This document shows, one piece after another, positions 1-9,696 of a DNA stretch of 64,000 bases. The first letter of the stretch is position 1; every line of letters begins with the position of its first letter. Source of the stretch: an uncultured delta proteobacterium (GTDB lineage: Bacteria; Desulfobacterota; Binatia; UBA9968); assembly GCA_963771465.1 (NCBI GenBank), contig CAVYTU010000014.1, forward strand, positions 896,001 to 960,000. The letters are read 5' to 3'. Under the pieces are notes generated by a model. The model saw nothing but the letters and a program-made list of their open reading frames with translations, had not been told where the DNA came from and did not search any database. The position numbers and the translations under genes were made by a program.

Positions 1-110
1 CGCGAAGCCGAGCTGGCGAGGGCTTCGCAGGTTGAGTTGTCATTGGCAAAAGTGCGGATTTTGCCGTTGTAAAGGATGGTTTCGGGATAAGGCAGCGGAC
101 GGGATTTCAT
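1..110 (-). CDS. Amidohydrolase family 3 (YtcJ-like), 5' part only; runs off the window start
   Basis: Manual translation MKSRPLPYPETILYNGKIRTFANDNSTCEALA matches the typical ILxNGKIxT...EAxA N-terminus. AAGGAG RBS upstream. Confidence 0.65.
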   Translation of the reverse strand, partial: MKSRPLPYPETILYNGKIRTFANDNSTCEALASSAS

Positions 111-201
111 CGGTGGTGTCCTCCTTGTTCCATCGGCACTCATAGGCTATAGGTTGCTTCGTTTGGTGAAGTCAACAGCCCGAGTAGCGGAGGATTGCAT
201 C

Positions 202-1050
202 ATGGCCCAGCAAGTTTTTCACTGGCCCAACAACGCCCGTGTGGCGTTCGTGCTCGGCATCGCCTTTGAGTGTTGGGATCGCAACAAGCCGTCGCGCGGC
301 GGCGCGCTGCAGGCGCCGCTGCCGGCTAATGCGCTGTGCAAGCGCGATTATTCCACTGAAACGTTTCGCGACTTCGGCGGCAAGCTCGGCGTCAAGCGCT
401 TGCTCGATATCTGCGACAAGCATGAGCTAAAAGTCAGCCTGCCGATCAATGGACTGACCTGCGAGTATTGGCCCGAGCTGGTGAAATACGCCCACGGCCG
501 CGGCCATGAGCTGGTGGCCCACGGTTGGGACCAAGGCGAGTATCTTTACATGCTGACGCGCGAGCAGGAGCGCGACAATATTTTCAAGACCGTCGAAACG
601 ATTACCAACCTCACCGGTGAACGTCCGACCGGCTGGTCTTCGCCCGGCGTGCGTTCCACCGACAACACGTTGGAACTGAATCTCGAGGCGGGATTGCTAT
701 ACAACTGCGACTATCACGATGACGAAATGCCCTATGCGAAAAAAATCGGCGATAAGACGCTGATCATGATCCCGCACCAGTACACGATCAACGATCACCG
801 CATGCAGGAAGAGGGCACGCGCCATGATTTTTTCGAGAAATTCAAAGACGAGTTCGATTACCGCTACGCCATCGGCGACCGCGATCCGACGATGATGAAC
901 GTCATCACACACGGCTATATCAGCTCGCGGGTACCCTACATCGACACGTTTGAAAAAATCATCGCCTACGCTAAGAGCCACAAGGACGTATGGTTTGCCC
1001 GGCGCGGCGACATCGCCGCGTGGGCGCGCAAGTATTACGAATCGCAATAA
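202..1050 (+). CDS. Polysaccharide deacetylase family protein (PuuE/allantoinase-like)
   Basis: WPNNARVA start, HELVAHGW, GW.SPG, D..DDEMPY and VWFARRGDIA motifs. ATG at 202 follows GGAGG. Confidence 0.85.
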   Translation: MAQQVFHWPNNARVAFVLGIAFECWDRNKPSRGGALQAPLPANALCKRDYSTETFRDFGGKLGVKRLLDICDKHELKVSLPINGLTCEYWPELVKYAHGRGHELVAHGWDQGEYLYMLTREQERDNIFKTVETITNLTGERPTGWSSPGVRSTDNTLELNLEAGLLYNCDYHDDEMPYAKKIGDKTLIMIPHQYTINDHRMQEEGTRHDFFEKFKDEFDYRYAIGDRDPTMMNVITHGYISSRVPYIDTFEKIIAYAKSHKDVWFARRGDIAAWARKYYESQ

Positions 1051-1113
1051 CAGAGTTAGGCAAGTCTGAGACGACTGAGTCCAGTGAACCCTGAACTTTG
1101 AACACGAATAGAT

Positions 1114-1326
1114 TTAGTTGACTGAACAGCTAATCGTGGCTTCGCGACAAAGTTGCATCAATTCGAGATCCACCGCGCCGCACGCGGGACAGAGTTGCAC
1201 CAGCGAACTGAATTCTCGATCCGATTCAATAGCCATCGTCAGTGGCTTAATCAGAAGTTCCTCGCAGATTTCGCAGATAAACGGTTTTCGCGCTGGTTCG
1301 AAGAGAAGCATGAGATTTGCTTTCAT
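1114..1326 (-). CDS. Small putative zinc-ribbon protein
   Basis: CEIC...CPAC Cys pairs; same strand as, and just downstream of, the fasciclin gene. Confidence 0.4.
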   Translation of the reverse strand: MKANLMLLFEPARKPFICEICEELLIKPLTMAIESDREFSSLVQLCPACGAVDLELMQLCREATISCSVN

Positions 1327-1381
1327 TGCATGTGCAAACCGCGGCTGGGAAACATCCAGCCGCGGTTTGCGTCGTTGAAGT

Positions 1382-1873
1382 TTAGTTAGGCAGAACCACT
1401 GAATCGATCACATGGATCACACCGTTGCTTGCCATGATATCGGTCGCCGTCACGCGGGCGCCGTCGACCATGACTTTGCCGTCTCGAGCGCTGATTTTGA
1501 GCGAGCGCCCGTTGATCGTCTTGGCGGAGTTTAGATTGACTACTTCGGCCGCGGTCACCCGGCTCGGCACGACGTGATAGGTCAGCACGGCGATCAACTT
1601 ATCCTTGTTCTCAGGCTTGAGCAGGTTTTCTACAGTGCCCGCAGGCAGCTTGCTGAAAGCCTCGTCGGTCGGCGCGAATACCGTCAGCGGTCCCTGACCT
1701 TTGAGCGCATCTACCAAGCCCGCAGCCTGAACCGCGGCGACGAGGGTTTTGAAGGACCCCGCTGAGACGGCGGTCTCAACGATGTCCTTGTCCGGCATCG
1801 ATTCGGCCTTCACCGAACCTGCCAAGCCTAACATTACAGCCAATACTCCTAATCCGATTTTGAAGACTCTCAT
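1382..1873 (-). CDS. Secreted fasciclin (FAS1) domain protein
   Basis: Signal peptide; [16 protein letters not shown] and [11 protein letters not shown]1 motifs; AGGAGG RBS. Confidence 0.95.
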   Translation of the reverse strand: MRVFKIGLGVLAVMLGLAGSVKAESMPDKDIVETAVSAGSFKTLVAAVQAAGLVDALKGQGPLTVFAPTDEAFSKLPAGTVENLLKPENKDKLIAVLTYHVVPSRVTAAEVVNLNSAKTINGRSLKISARDGKVMVDGARVTATDIMASNGVIHVIDSVVLPN

Positions 1874-1921
1874 TTTTTTCCTCCTTTTTTAATTTTTTTT
1901 GAATCTTCGGAAGAGCGTTAG

Positions 1922-1938
1922 AGCAACAGCGGGGCCAG
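1922..1938 (-). promoter_or_regulatory. Sigma54 (-24/-12) promoter of the fasciclin gene
   Basis: Minus strand reads CTGGCCCCGCTGTTGCT, with canonical GG-N10-GC spacing; a bEBP gene is adjacent. Confidence 0.75.
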
Positions 1939-2021
1939 GTGCGGCTGCGACCGCCATTCGGCGATTTTCACTAGCGTTTACAGTTCACCGAGCAATGGCA
2001 AAGAATCTTCGCAAACGATCA

Positions 2022-2082
2022 TGAGACACTGAAGTGTCTCAACACCGTCTCAAGGCCGTCTCAGCTGAGACAGCCTTGAGAC
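2022..2082. promoter_or_regulatory. Putative bEBP enhancer (UAS) array
   Basis: Six GTCTCA/TGAGAC half-sites forming two palindromes (2022-2041, 2047-2082) with 11-bp spacing, about 85-145 bp upstream of the sigma54 site. Confidence 0.7.
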
Positions 2083-3839
2083 TACTTGTCTTCGGGATTG
2101 ATATTGAGATCCGCCAATCGGCGGTAAAGCGTAGCGCGGCTGATGCCGAGACGCCGCGCTGCCAGCGCTCGGTTGCCGCGCGAACGGTTGAGTGCGTCGA
2201 GAAAGCGCGCCTTCTCATCGCTCAACGGATCACCGGCAATCGATCTGACAAAGGCCGCCGGCTTGACAATCTCGGGAGGCAAATCATCGGGCTGGATCAC
2301 CGCGTGGCCACAGTGAATCACGGCAAATTCAATGGCGCTTCTGAGCTCGCGCACATTTCCGGGCCAAGGATGGGCCATCAGGAGACGCACGGCCTCATGG
2401 CTCAATTCGGTGACCTGCTTGGCGCCGGCGGCGGAAAATTGGCCGAGAAACGAAGCGGCCAGCAGCGGAATGTCCTCGCGCCGCTCGCGCAGCGCCGGCA
2501 CCGCGATGCGCGCCACGCGAACGCGGTAAAACAGATCCGCGCGAAAATTGCCTTTGGTCACCTCGTCGCTCAAGCTACGGTGCGTCGCCGCCAGCAGTCG
2601 CACATCGATCTTGCGCGGGCGGGTTTCGCCCAGACGCACAATCTCGCGCTCCTGCAGGACGCGCAGCAGTTGATTCTGCACCGTCAACGGGATATCGCCG
2701 ATCTCATCCAACAGCAGAGTGCCGCCGTTTGCCGATTCGAAGAGCCCCTGTTGATCTTCGATGGCGCCGGTAAATGCGCCGCGTTTGTGACCGAAGAGCT
2801 GGCTGCTCAGGAGCGATTCCGTGAGCCCGGCGCAGTTCACCGCGACAAAGGGTTTGTCGCTGCGACGGCTGGCCGCATGGATGGCGTGGGCGACCAGCTC
2901 TTTTCCCGTGCCGGTTTCGCCTTCGATCAGCACCGTCGAATCGACGCGCGCGACGGCGCGAATCTGTTGATAGACCTGCTGCATCGCGGCGCTCTTGCCC
3001 AGAAGATCGTAAAATTGCGCCCGCTCATCGAGCAAGCGGCGCAAGTCATGAACGTCGGTCACGTCGTAAAGAAAAAAGATTTTACCGCGTGGGTCGCGCG
3101 GATCGTCTTTCACATCGACTTCGAGCCAAAGGCGCCGGCCGTCGGTTGCGTCCAAGTGCAGCGGGATGCGATTTCGCTCGGCCGTCGGCATCTCGATCAG
3201 CGCCCGCAGGTTGCGCGTATTTTCCGCATCTAGACCGAATAATTTTTGCCAGGGCAGCTTGGACGCGGCGCTCTCCGGCCGGCCAAAAAGTCGGCGCGCC
3301 ACCGCATTGAGAAATACCGCTTGGCCGTTTTCGTCGGTCATAACTGTGCCGATGCGCAATTCGTTGAGAATCGAACCGAGATCGTTGCGGCTTCGCTCCA
3401 CCTGGCGATACATTTCCAACAGTTGCTCCTCGGCCAGCTTGCGCGCGGTCACGTTCCTCTGGATTGATAAGAAATGAGTAATCTCGCCGCTGCCCGCGCG
3501 GATTGGCGTGATGTCCCATTCGACGTAGTATTCGGCGCCGTCCTTGCGATAGTTGACGGTCTCGCCGGAAAACGGCTCTCCTCGGCTGAGCGCGTCGCGC
3601 AAGCGCTGCAGCATGGCGCGATCGGACTTCGGCCCTTGGAGGATGCGCGGCGTTTTATGGAGGATCTCTTCCCGGCTGTAGCTGGTCATGTCGCATAGGG
3701 CAGGGTTGACGAACAGTATCTCCGGACCCGGCGGATCGAGCTGCGCCGAGGTAATCAGCACGGCCTCCTTCGCCTGATCGACAGCGACATCGAGCAGCCT
3801 CATGAGCTGCTCCGCTACGAGCAGCTGGGTTTCCGCCAT
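2082..3839 (-). CDS. PAS-domain sigma54-dependent transcriptional activator (bEBP) with Fis HTH
   Basis: LOV-like PAS (TPRILQG...NYRKDG), second PAS, GETGTGKE, GAFTGA, WPGNVREL, LGISRATLYR. Confidence 0.95.
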   Translation of the reverse strand: MAETQLLVAEQLMRLLDVAVDQAKEAVLITSAQLDPPGPEILFVNPALCDMTSYSREEILHKTPRILQGPKSDRAMLQRLRDALSRGEPFSGETVNYRKDGAEYYVEWDITPIRAGSGEITHFLSIQRNVTARKLAEEQLLEMYRQVERSRNDLGSILNELRIGTVMTDENGQAVFLNAVARRLFGRPESAASKLPWQKLFGLDAENTRNLRALIEMPTAERNRIPLHLDATDGRRLWLEVDVKDDPRDPRGKIFFLYDVTDVHDLRRLLDERAQFYDLLGKSAAMQQVYQQIRAVARVDSTVLIEGETGTGKELVAHAIHAASRRSDKPFVAVNCAGLTESLLSSQLFGHKRGAFTGAIEDQQGLFESANGGTLLLDEIGDIPLTVQNQLLRVLQEREIVRLGETRPRKIDVRLLAATHRSLSDEVTKGNFRADLFYRVRVARIAVPALRERREDIPLLAASFLGQFSAAGAKQVTELSHEAVRLLMAHPWPGNVRELRSAIEFAVIHCGHAVIQPDDLPPEIVKPAAFVRSIAGDPLSDEKARFLDALNRSRGNRALAARRLGISRATLYRRLADLNINPEDK

Positions 3840-3918
3840 TACTTTAGCTCCTCGGCCCACGCGCCCGCCCGCTGACGATCAGCGCACTCTAAATAATGGA
3901 AAATTGATAAGGGATATT

Positions 3919-5250
3919 TCAAAGTTGCAGTGTCCCGTGTTCCGCCAATTGTGAATTGCTTGAAACGCGCTTGTCCATCACCGAATTTCGCCCAATCAAA
4001 ACGCAACCTATCTTCCGAGTCAAGCTGGCGTCTCGCCGGCTTTTTGACGACGGTCGGCGGCAGAGTTCGCCGACTTCGAATGCGCTTGGGGTGCTCCTCT
4101 CGGATGGAGCCAGCGAGCCCATACCGCGAATTTTTCCCAGGGAGACACGGCCGAAAAAGTCGGCCCAAATGGTTTCCGCCAGGACCGCCGTGCCGCCCAT
4201 GCCGATGCCGTAGATAAAAAAACCGGCATAGAGCGGCGCCATGCCGGGCAGCGACAGCGCTATCAACAGGCCGGCGCCTTGCAGCGCGCATTTGGCCATG
4301 TTGAGGATGCCGTTATCCATGCGGTCGGCGAGCATGCCCCAGACAATCGGCGTGCTGAACTGCATGATCGCGATGATGCTCATCACCGAGGCGGCCACCA
4401 GAGTTGGATGGCCTTGATCGGTGACATAAGAAAACACATGGAGATTGAGTCCGGTGACGCCGATCTGGGCGACCCCGAAGGTGCTGGCGATGAGTCAGAA
4501 GACCGGCGTGCGCAGCGCCTCGCGCCGGCTCCACTCGACTTCGTCGGCGCCGGTGCGCTTGGCGTGGCGCGTTTTTTTTGGCGTTGCGACTTGGGCTTTC
4601 ACCCCCGCCGGTCCGCCGTCGGGCAGCAATCCCATTTCTTCGGGCGAGCGGCGCATAAACAGCAAGGCCGGGGCGACCACCAGAACCAGAGCAAAAACGC
4701 CGAAGACCACCCAAGCACCGCGCCAGCCGACGTAAAGCATTAAGGTCGCCGCCGCCACCGGCAGGCAGACTTTGGCCAAGCCATGGCCCATGCCGGCAAT
4801 CGCCAGGGCGCGGCCGCGCATGCGCACGAACCAGCGTGCGATCGACACATTGACCACCATGGAGCCCATGAGCGAATCACCCGGACTGATGAGCAGCCAA
4901 CGCACCAGCATGAACTGGATGAAACCCTGCGTTTGACCGAGGCAGATAAAGCCGGCGCCGGAAATCAAACCGCCGGCCGCCATCAGCCAACGTCCGCCGT
5001 AGCGGTCCATCAGCGTGCCGACCACGGGCGCTGCCGATGCGCCGATGAGAATCTCGCCGGAACGAATGAGCGAGAACATACCGCGGGAAATGCCGAGGTC
5101 GGCGGACAACGGTTTGAGAAATACGCTCAGCGTGCTGGAGATCGAAAATGCCGAAGCGATGTGGGCGAGAAAGCCGACGACGACGATCACCCAGCCGTAA
5201 TAGAGAGACTTTCTTTTCGCCGGTTGTTCGAGCAGAGGAGCAACGGACAT
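3919..5250 (-). pseudogene. MFS transporter (OFA-like), in-frame stop and degraded 3' end
   Basis: YYGWVIV start and DRYGGR motif. TGA at 4495-4497 in TPVF*LIAST falls at the usual Trp position. The frame continues to DFFGRVSLGKIRG and then loses similarity. Confidence 0.8.
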
Positions 5251-5395
5251 CTCTAGTTTGTAGCAAGGATCGCTGCGAAACTACAACGCGCGAAGCCGAA
5301 GCGTTGCACGTCATGGGAATGAACTCAAGATTATAACGACTGTCATGCTTCGATCTTGAGAATCATCGGCAGTGGCGTCATAGTCCTGGAAAACA

Positions 5396-6568
5396 GTGAA
5401 GCCCAAGGAGACGATCGCTGTGGTCCATACTATCGGATGCCTCGCGAGAATTTTTTCGTTGGCGCTGTTCTTAATCACAGCGACTTCTCACTCGGGAACC
5501 GCAGCGGGCTGGCAAGAAGAATGGCAAGCGACCGTCCAGGCTGCAAAACGGGAAGGCCAGCTTACTATCTACGTCAGCGGCTACGGCGCAACTCTCGATG
5601 CCGGTCATTTCCAAAAAGACTTTCCTGAGATCAAGCTTGTCACGGTTACAGGGCAATCCGGCCAATTGGGCCCGCGTATTTTAGCCGAGCGGAGAGCGGG
5701 AAAATATCTCGCCGATATCTCGAGCGCGGGCGCGAACCCCAACTACCAGCTTCTTTATGCGTCCAAGATGCTGGAGCCGATTTCGTCCGCGTTGATTCTC
5801 CCCGAGGTCACCGACACATCAAAATGGTGGGGCGGAAAACACTGGTACATCGATCCCGAAGGGCAATACATCTTTGTCTACGTGGGCAACGTGACCGGCA
5901 CCGGCGCCTACGCGGTGAATGCTGTGAACCCCGCCGAATTCAAATCCTACTGGGATTTTCTCAATCCAAAATGGAAGGGAAAAATCGTCGCCCGCGACGT
6001 CAGGATCGCCGGTCCAGGCGGCGATAACATGCGCTTCTTCTACCATCATCCGGAACTCGGCCCGAAGTTCATCCACCGCCTCTTTAGCGAAATGGATTTG
6101 ACCTTGACGCGGGATTTCCGCCAGGGGATCGACTGGCTGGGGCAGGGAAAGTTTCCTCTGGCGATTTTTTTCTCAGGCTCGGACGTCAAAGCGGCCGCGC
6201 GCCAGGGACTGCCCGTAGACGTTATCGACAACAGCCCCTTCAAAGAAGGCGTGCCCCTGGGAGTCGGTTTCGGCACCCTGAGCCTTTTAAAAAACGCGCC
6301 CCATCCCAACGCCGCCAAAGTTTTCATCAACTGGTATCTCTCGCGAAAGGCGCAGACCGCGCTGCAGAAGGACATGACCAAGGTCGCCGACGCACCGGAC
6401 TCTCTCAGGATCGACATTCCGAAGGACGACGTCGCACCCAACAACCGAAGATTCGAAGGGGTGAATTATACGACGGTCTTTCGCTCCGAATGGACGGACA
6501 TGAAGCCCATTTACGCGGTCGTTAACGAAGCCTTAGCTGAAGCCGAGAAGAAAAAGAGCGGCAAGTAA
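5396..6568 (+). CDS. Extracellular solute-binding protein (ABC, Fe3+/polyamine-type cluster)
   Basis: Signal peptide, AAKREGQL, APHPNAAKVFINWYLS. Confidence 0.9.
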   Translation: MKPKETIAVVHTIGCLARIFSLALFLITATSHSGTAAGWQEEWQATVQAAKREGQLTIYVSGYGATLDAGHFQKDFPEIKLVTVTGQSGQLGPRILAERRAGKYLADISSAGANPNYQLLYASKMLEPISSALILPEVTDTSKWWGGKHWYIDPEGQYIFVYVGNVTGTGAYAVNAVNPAEFKSYWDFLNPKWKGKIVARDVRIAGPGGDNMRFFYHHPELGPKFIHRLFSEMDLTLTRDFRQGIDWLGQGKFPLAIFFSGSDVKAAARQGLPVDVIDNSPFKEGVPLGVGFGTLSLLKNAPHPNAAKVFINWYLSRKAQTALQKDMTKVADAPDSLRIDIPKDDVAPNNRRFEGVNYTTVFRSEWTDMKPIYAVVNEALAEAEKKKSGK

Positions 6569-6712
6569 AGTCAAAAATAAATCGTGACCCATCGGTTTTC
6601 GACGTTCAAAAACTTGGCCATCGTTGACGTTGTGAAGTAGATCGGGTTATACCCGAGCCCGGGCATTGCGAGTGCTTGAAGCGCGAAATAATTCACCTGT
6701 GAGGTAAGCGAT

Positions 6713-7831
6713 ATGAAACGGAACCAGTTCAGTATCCTCGTCTTGTGCGCCACCATGGGAATTTGGCAATCCGCTTTCGCGGCGACGGTCAGTCCGTCTC
6801 TTGCCAAGGCAAAAACGGAAGCTGAAGCGAAGGGCTACATTTTTCTTACCAACCATGACGAAATAATTTCCGAAGCCAAGAAGGAGGGAAAACTTCGTGT
6901 CGTGAGTGGTTTATCGCCCGAAACGCTCAAGGTTATGGTCAGCGCATTCCGGAAAAAATATCCCTTCATCGACATCAGCGCGCACGAAACCACCGGCAGC
7001 GGCGAGCATCAACGCATTCTCCTGGAACTCAAGGCGGGGATGAACAAGGAATGGGACGCTATCAGCATGGCCAACGATTTTTACAACGAGTACGGTCCCT
7101 ACCAGAAGAAATTCGATATCCTGGGGATGTCGCAGAACGGAGTCATACAGATCCAACGCAACATGATCGATCCAAAGAGCCGCAGTGCTGCATCAGTCAC
7201 CGACATGATCCAAATAGGGGTAACTTACAACAAGAATCTCATCGCGCGGGAAAAGGCGCCGGAAAACTGGGAGGATTTTCTCAAACCGGAGTTCAAAGGG
7301 AAAAAGATCATGGTGGATATCAGGCCCACTGAAATCGCCGCCTTGGTTCCGGCATGGGGATTGGAAAAGACCTTGGATTTTGCCCGCAAGCTCGTTGCTC
7401 AGGAGCCCGTTTGGGTACGGGGTGGCTCCAGGGCGGTGGCGGCATTGTTTGCCGGAGAGTATCCCATGGCGATCGGCCAAAATTACCGAAGCGTTCGCCG
7501 GTCGCAGCTCAAGGATCGAACCGGAACGATTGCCTATAAAATGATCGAACCGGTTCCAGTTCGGCCCAGTGAATCTCTCGCTATTACTTCTACGAGTAGC
7601 CGTCCTAACGCGGCACTGCTGTGGCTGGAATTTCAAGCCAGTGATGAAGGGCAGAAAATCATGGATCAATTTGAACCATTTGGCGGCTCCGTCCATGCAC
7701 CTGGCTCAATTCAAGGACAGGAAATAAAGGGCAAGAAGTTGTCGCTGGTGGATTGGGACCATTACACCAAGTTACGCGATTACCAGGACAAAATAGTTGC
7801 GGCCTACGGTTTTCCCAAGGAAACTAAATAA
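6713..7831 (+). CDS. Extracellular solute-binding protein (KAKxEAExKGY paralog family)
   Basis: Signal peptide, AKKEGKL, KKYPFID, PxxWEDFLKPEFKGK, C-terminal AYGFPK. Confidence 0.9.
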   Translation: MKRNQFSILVLCATMGIWQSAFAATVSPSLAKAKTEAEAKGYIFLTNHDEIISEAKKEGKLRVVSGLSPETLKVMVSAFRKKYPFIDISAHETTGSGEHQRILLELKAGMNKEWDAISMANDFYNEYGPYQKKFDILGMSQNGVIQIQRNMIDPKSRSAASVTDMIQIGVTYNKNLIAREKAPENWEDFLKPEFKGKKIMVDIRPTEIAALVPAWGLEKTLDFARKLVAQEPVWVRGGSRAVAALFAGEYPMAIGQNYRSVRRSQLKDRTGTIAYKMIEPVPVRPSESLAITSTSSRPNAALLWLEFQASDEGQKIMDQFEPFGGSVHAPGSIQGQEIKGKKLSLVDWDHYTKLRDYQDKIVAAYGFPKETK

Positions 7832-7858
7832 GGCAAAAGTGGAGACTGAGCCGAGCGT

Positions 7859-7972
7859 TAGCGCTTTTAAATAGATGTAAAGTCAACCCGACCGATCTCT
7901 CGTTACTCGGCAGGCGTTTTGCCGGGCTCGACGGGTAATCCCGAATAACTCGTCCGAACTGGGGACCGCGCT
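7859..7972 (+). repeat. Dispersed ~100-bp repeat (TAGYGCT family), copy 1
   Basis: Shares GATCTCTCGTTACTCG...GGCTCG.CGGGTAATCCCGAATAA with the 22432 copy; the 43025 copy is more degenerate. Confidence 0.85.
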
Positions 7973-8017
7973 TGCCGCAACTTTCTTGCCTGTAGCCGCC
8001 GCCGGACGATTCTTGGA

Positions 8018-9169
8018 TCAGAGCGTTAGCTTGTATAAATCGATCGCGTTCTGTCGCGTCACTTTACGTTTCGTCTCTGCCGAAATACCCTCGAACTGTT
8101 GATCCACGATCTGTTGAGAGTCCGGCCACGTTGTCGCGCCATGCGGATAGTCGCTTGCCCACAAGAACCGGTCGGCGCCATAGAGTGGCGTGGTCAAAAC
8201 TCCAGCCCGGTCGTTCTCGAACGTGAACCAAATGTTCCTGCGAAAGTAATCGGCGGGCGCCAGCTTCAGTCCAGTCTTAGGATCGTGGTCCTTGAACTTG
8301 GCGACCATGTGAGCGACCCAGCCGATGTCCCACTCGGCAGCGACAATTTTCAAGCGCGGGAATCTGTCGAAAACACCACCGTAGATCATTTCCAGGAGAG
8401 ATGTTTGAATTTCTCCTTCGCCGCGGATGAAGGTGCGAATCTTCGGATGGTGGAATTTAGATTTTTTCCAGGCGCCTGTCGTCGTGTGCAGCCCAAGCGG
8501 CACGTCGGCATCCTGGGCCGCGGCCCACAATCGGTCAAAACTCGCTTCGCCGTAATTCATCCCGATCGGTGTTGAGGATGCAATCATGAAGCCCTTCGCC
8601 CCCTGCTTCGCATACTGCGTCAAATCCTCAACGGCACCCTCCATGTTCAGGATCGAAAGAACCGGGAGGCCGACAAGCCGGTTGGGCGCGACGCTGCAGT
8701 ATTCCATCAACCAGTCGTTGTAAGAACGAGCGATCGCCCGGAAAAAAGGTTCGTCCTTCACGCTCAAGCCATAAACATGACGTAGGTGACTTGCGTACAA
8801 GATATCCACTTCCACGCCATCGCGGTCCATGTCCCTGAGACGGGCGTTGGGCTCCCAGGGCCCCGGCCAGTCTTCAAACCGGAAGTTCTTCCGAAATTCG
8901 GCCGCCTGGGAAGAAGTGCGGCCGACGACGCTGCCGACGCCGAGCCCGCCTATCACCATCCCGAGAAACTCCATCGCACAGGACTCGCGGTTTTTTCCTT
9001 CGAGACTCGTTTCCCAGTCGCGAATCGATAGGTAGGGACCGTGCTCGTCTTCGCTCGGATTCCACACGATCTCGGGAGCCCGGTCGCCATACTTCCGGCG
9101 GACTCGCTCCCAAGTGGCCGGAACTTCGTTTACATGGGAATCTGCGGAGATCAATTTGTACTCGCGCAT
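8018..9169 (-). CDS. Amidohydrolase family 2 protein
   Basis: SADSH, DMDRDG, GGVFDRFPRLK, WASDYPH; close paralog of 62435..63586. Confidence 0.92.
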   Translation of the reverse strand: MREYKLISADSHVNEVPATWERVRRKYGDRAPEIVWNPSEDEHGPYLSIRDWETSLEGKNRESCAMEFLGMVIGGLGVGSVVGRTSSQAAEFRKNFRFEDWPGPWEPNARLRDMDRDGVEVDILYASHLRHVYGLSVKDEPFFRAIARSYNDWLMEYCSVAPNRLVGLPVLSILNMEGAVEDLTQYAKQGAKGFMIASSTPIGMNYGEASFDRLWAAAQDADVPLGLHTTTGAWKKSKFHHPKIRTFIRGEGEIQTSLLEMIYGGVFDRFPRLKIVAAEWDIGWVAHMVAKFKDHDPKTGLKLAPADYFRRNIWFTFENDRAGVLTTPLYGADRFLWASDYPHGATTWPDSQQIVDQQFEGISAETKRKVTRQNAIDLYKLTL

Positions 9170-9194
9170 GCGCACCTCCTAGTAGTTTTATTCC

Positions 9195-9480
9195 GTCGAG
9201 TCTCAAGTCGTAAAGTCTGATCATGTTATCGCGCACGACTTTCCCTCGGACATCCTTCGGCAAGTGTCCCGGTTCTGGCGACCACGCTGCGCGATGCGGC
9301 GCTAAAAAATGTCGCGTAAACCTGATCCTTGACGTCATCCCCCGGCAGCCTTTTCATGTAGCGCAGCGGCACTGTCGGGCTGTGGCGAATGTAGTATTTA
9401 TCCCATTGGTGAACGAAAAAGGAAAGCCACCCGACTTCGATTTCGCTAAAGACAACTTTCTTTCTCGAGATAGTTGAGTC
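9195..9480 (-). pseudogene. Fragment of another amidohydrolase-2 C-terminus
   Basis: FSEIEVGWLSFF...QVYATF and KVVRDNMIRLYDL lie in different frames; no N-terminus. Confidence 0.6.
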
Positions 9481-9696
9481 GTAGAAGTTTGACCCCGGCG
9501 ATCTAATTCGCTTTGCTACTACCTTCGTCATTGACGCACAGGCACTACGGTTGCTATTGTGCCATTTCTTTTCCTGCACGCTTCGCGGCAAATATAGAAT
9601 GATGGGTCACCTTGGTCAGCACGACCTCGCGAAATCGCGTGGCATCGGTAGCGTTCACAGCGCCCGGTACGTTCTTGCCATTTGTCCGGAGGTTCG

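Noticed and set aside
2034-3233. Long opposite-strand or alternate-frame ORFs (also 17325..18482, 20330..21205, 21241..22230, 22655..23782, 26022..26786, 60098..60913)
   Set aside because: They shadow well-supported genes in GC-rich DNA and have no recognisable motifs.
4495-4497. In-frame TGA in the MFS gene as selenocysteine or an alternative genetic code
   Set aside because: It falls at a Trp position in a membrane protein, the 3' end is also degraded, and TGA terminates many intact genes in the window.
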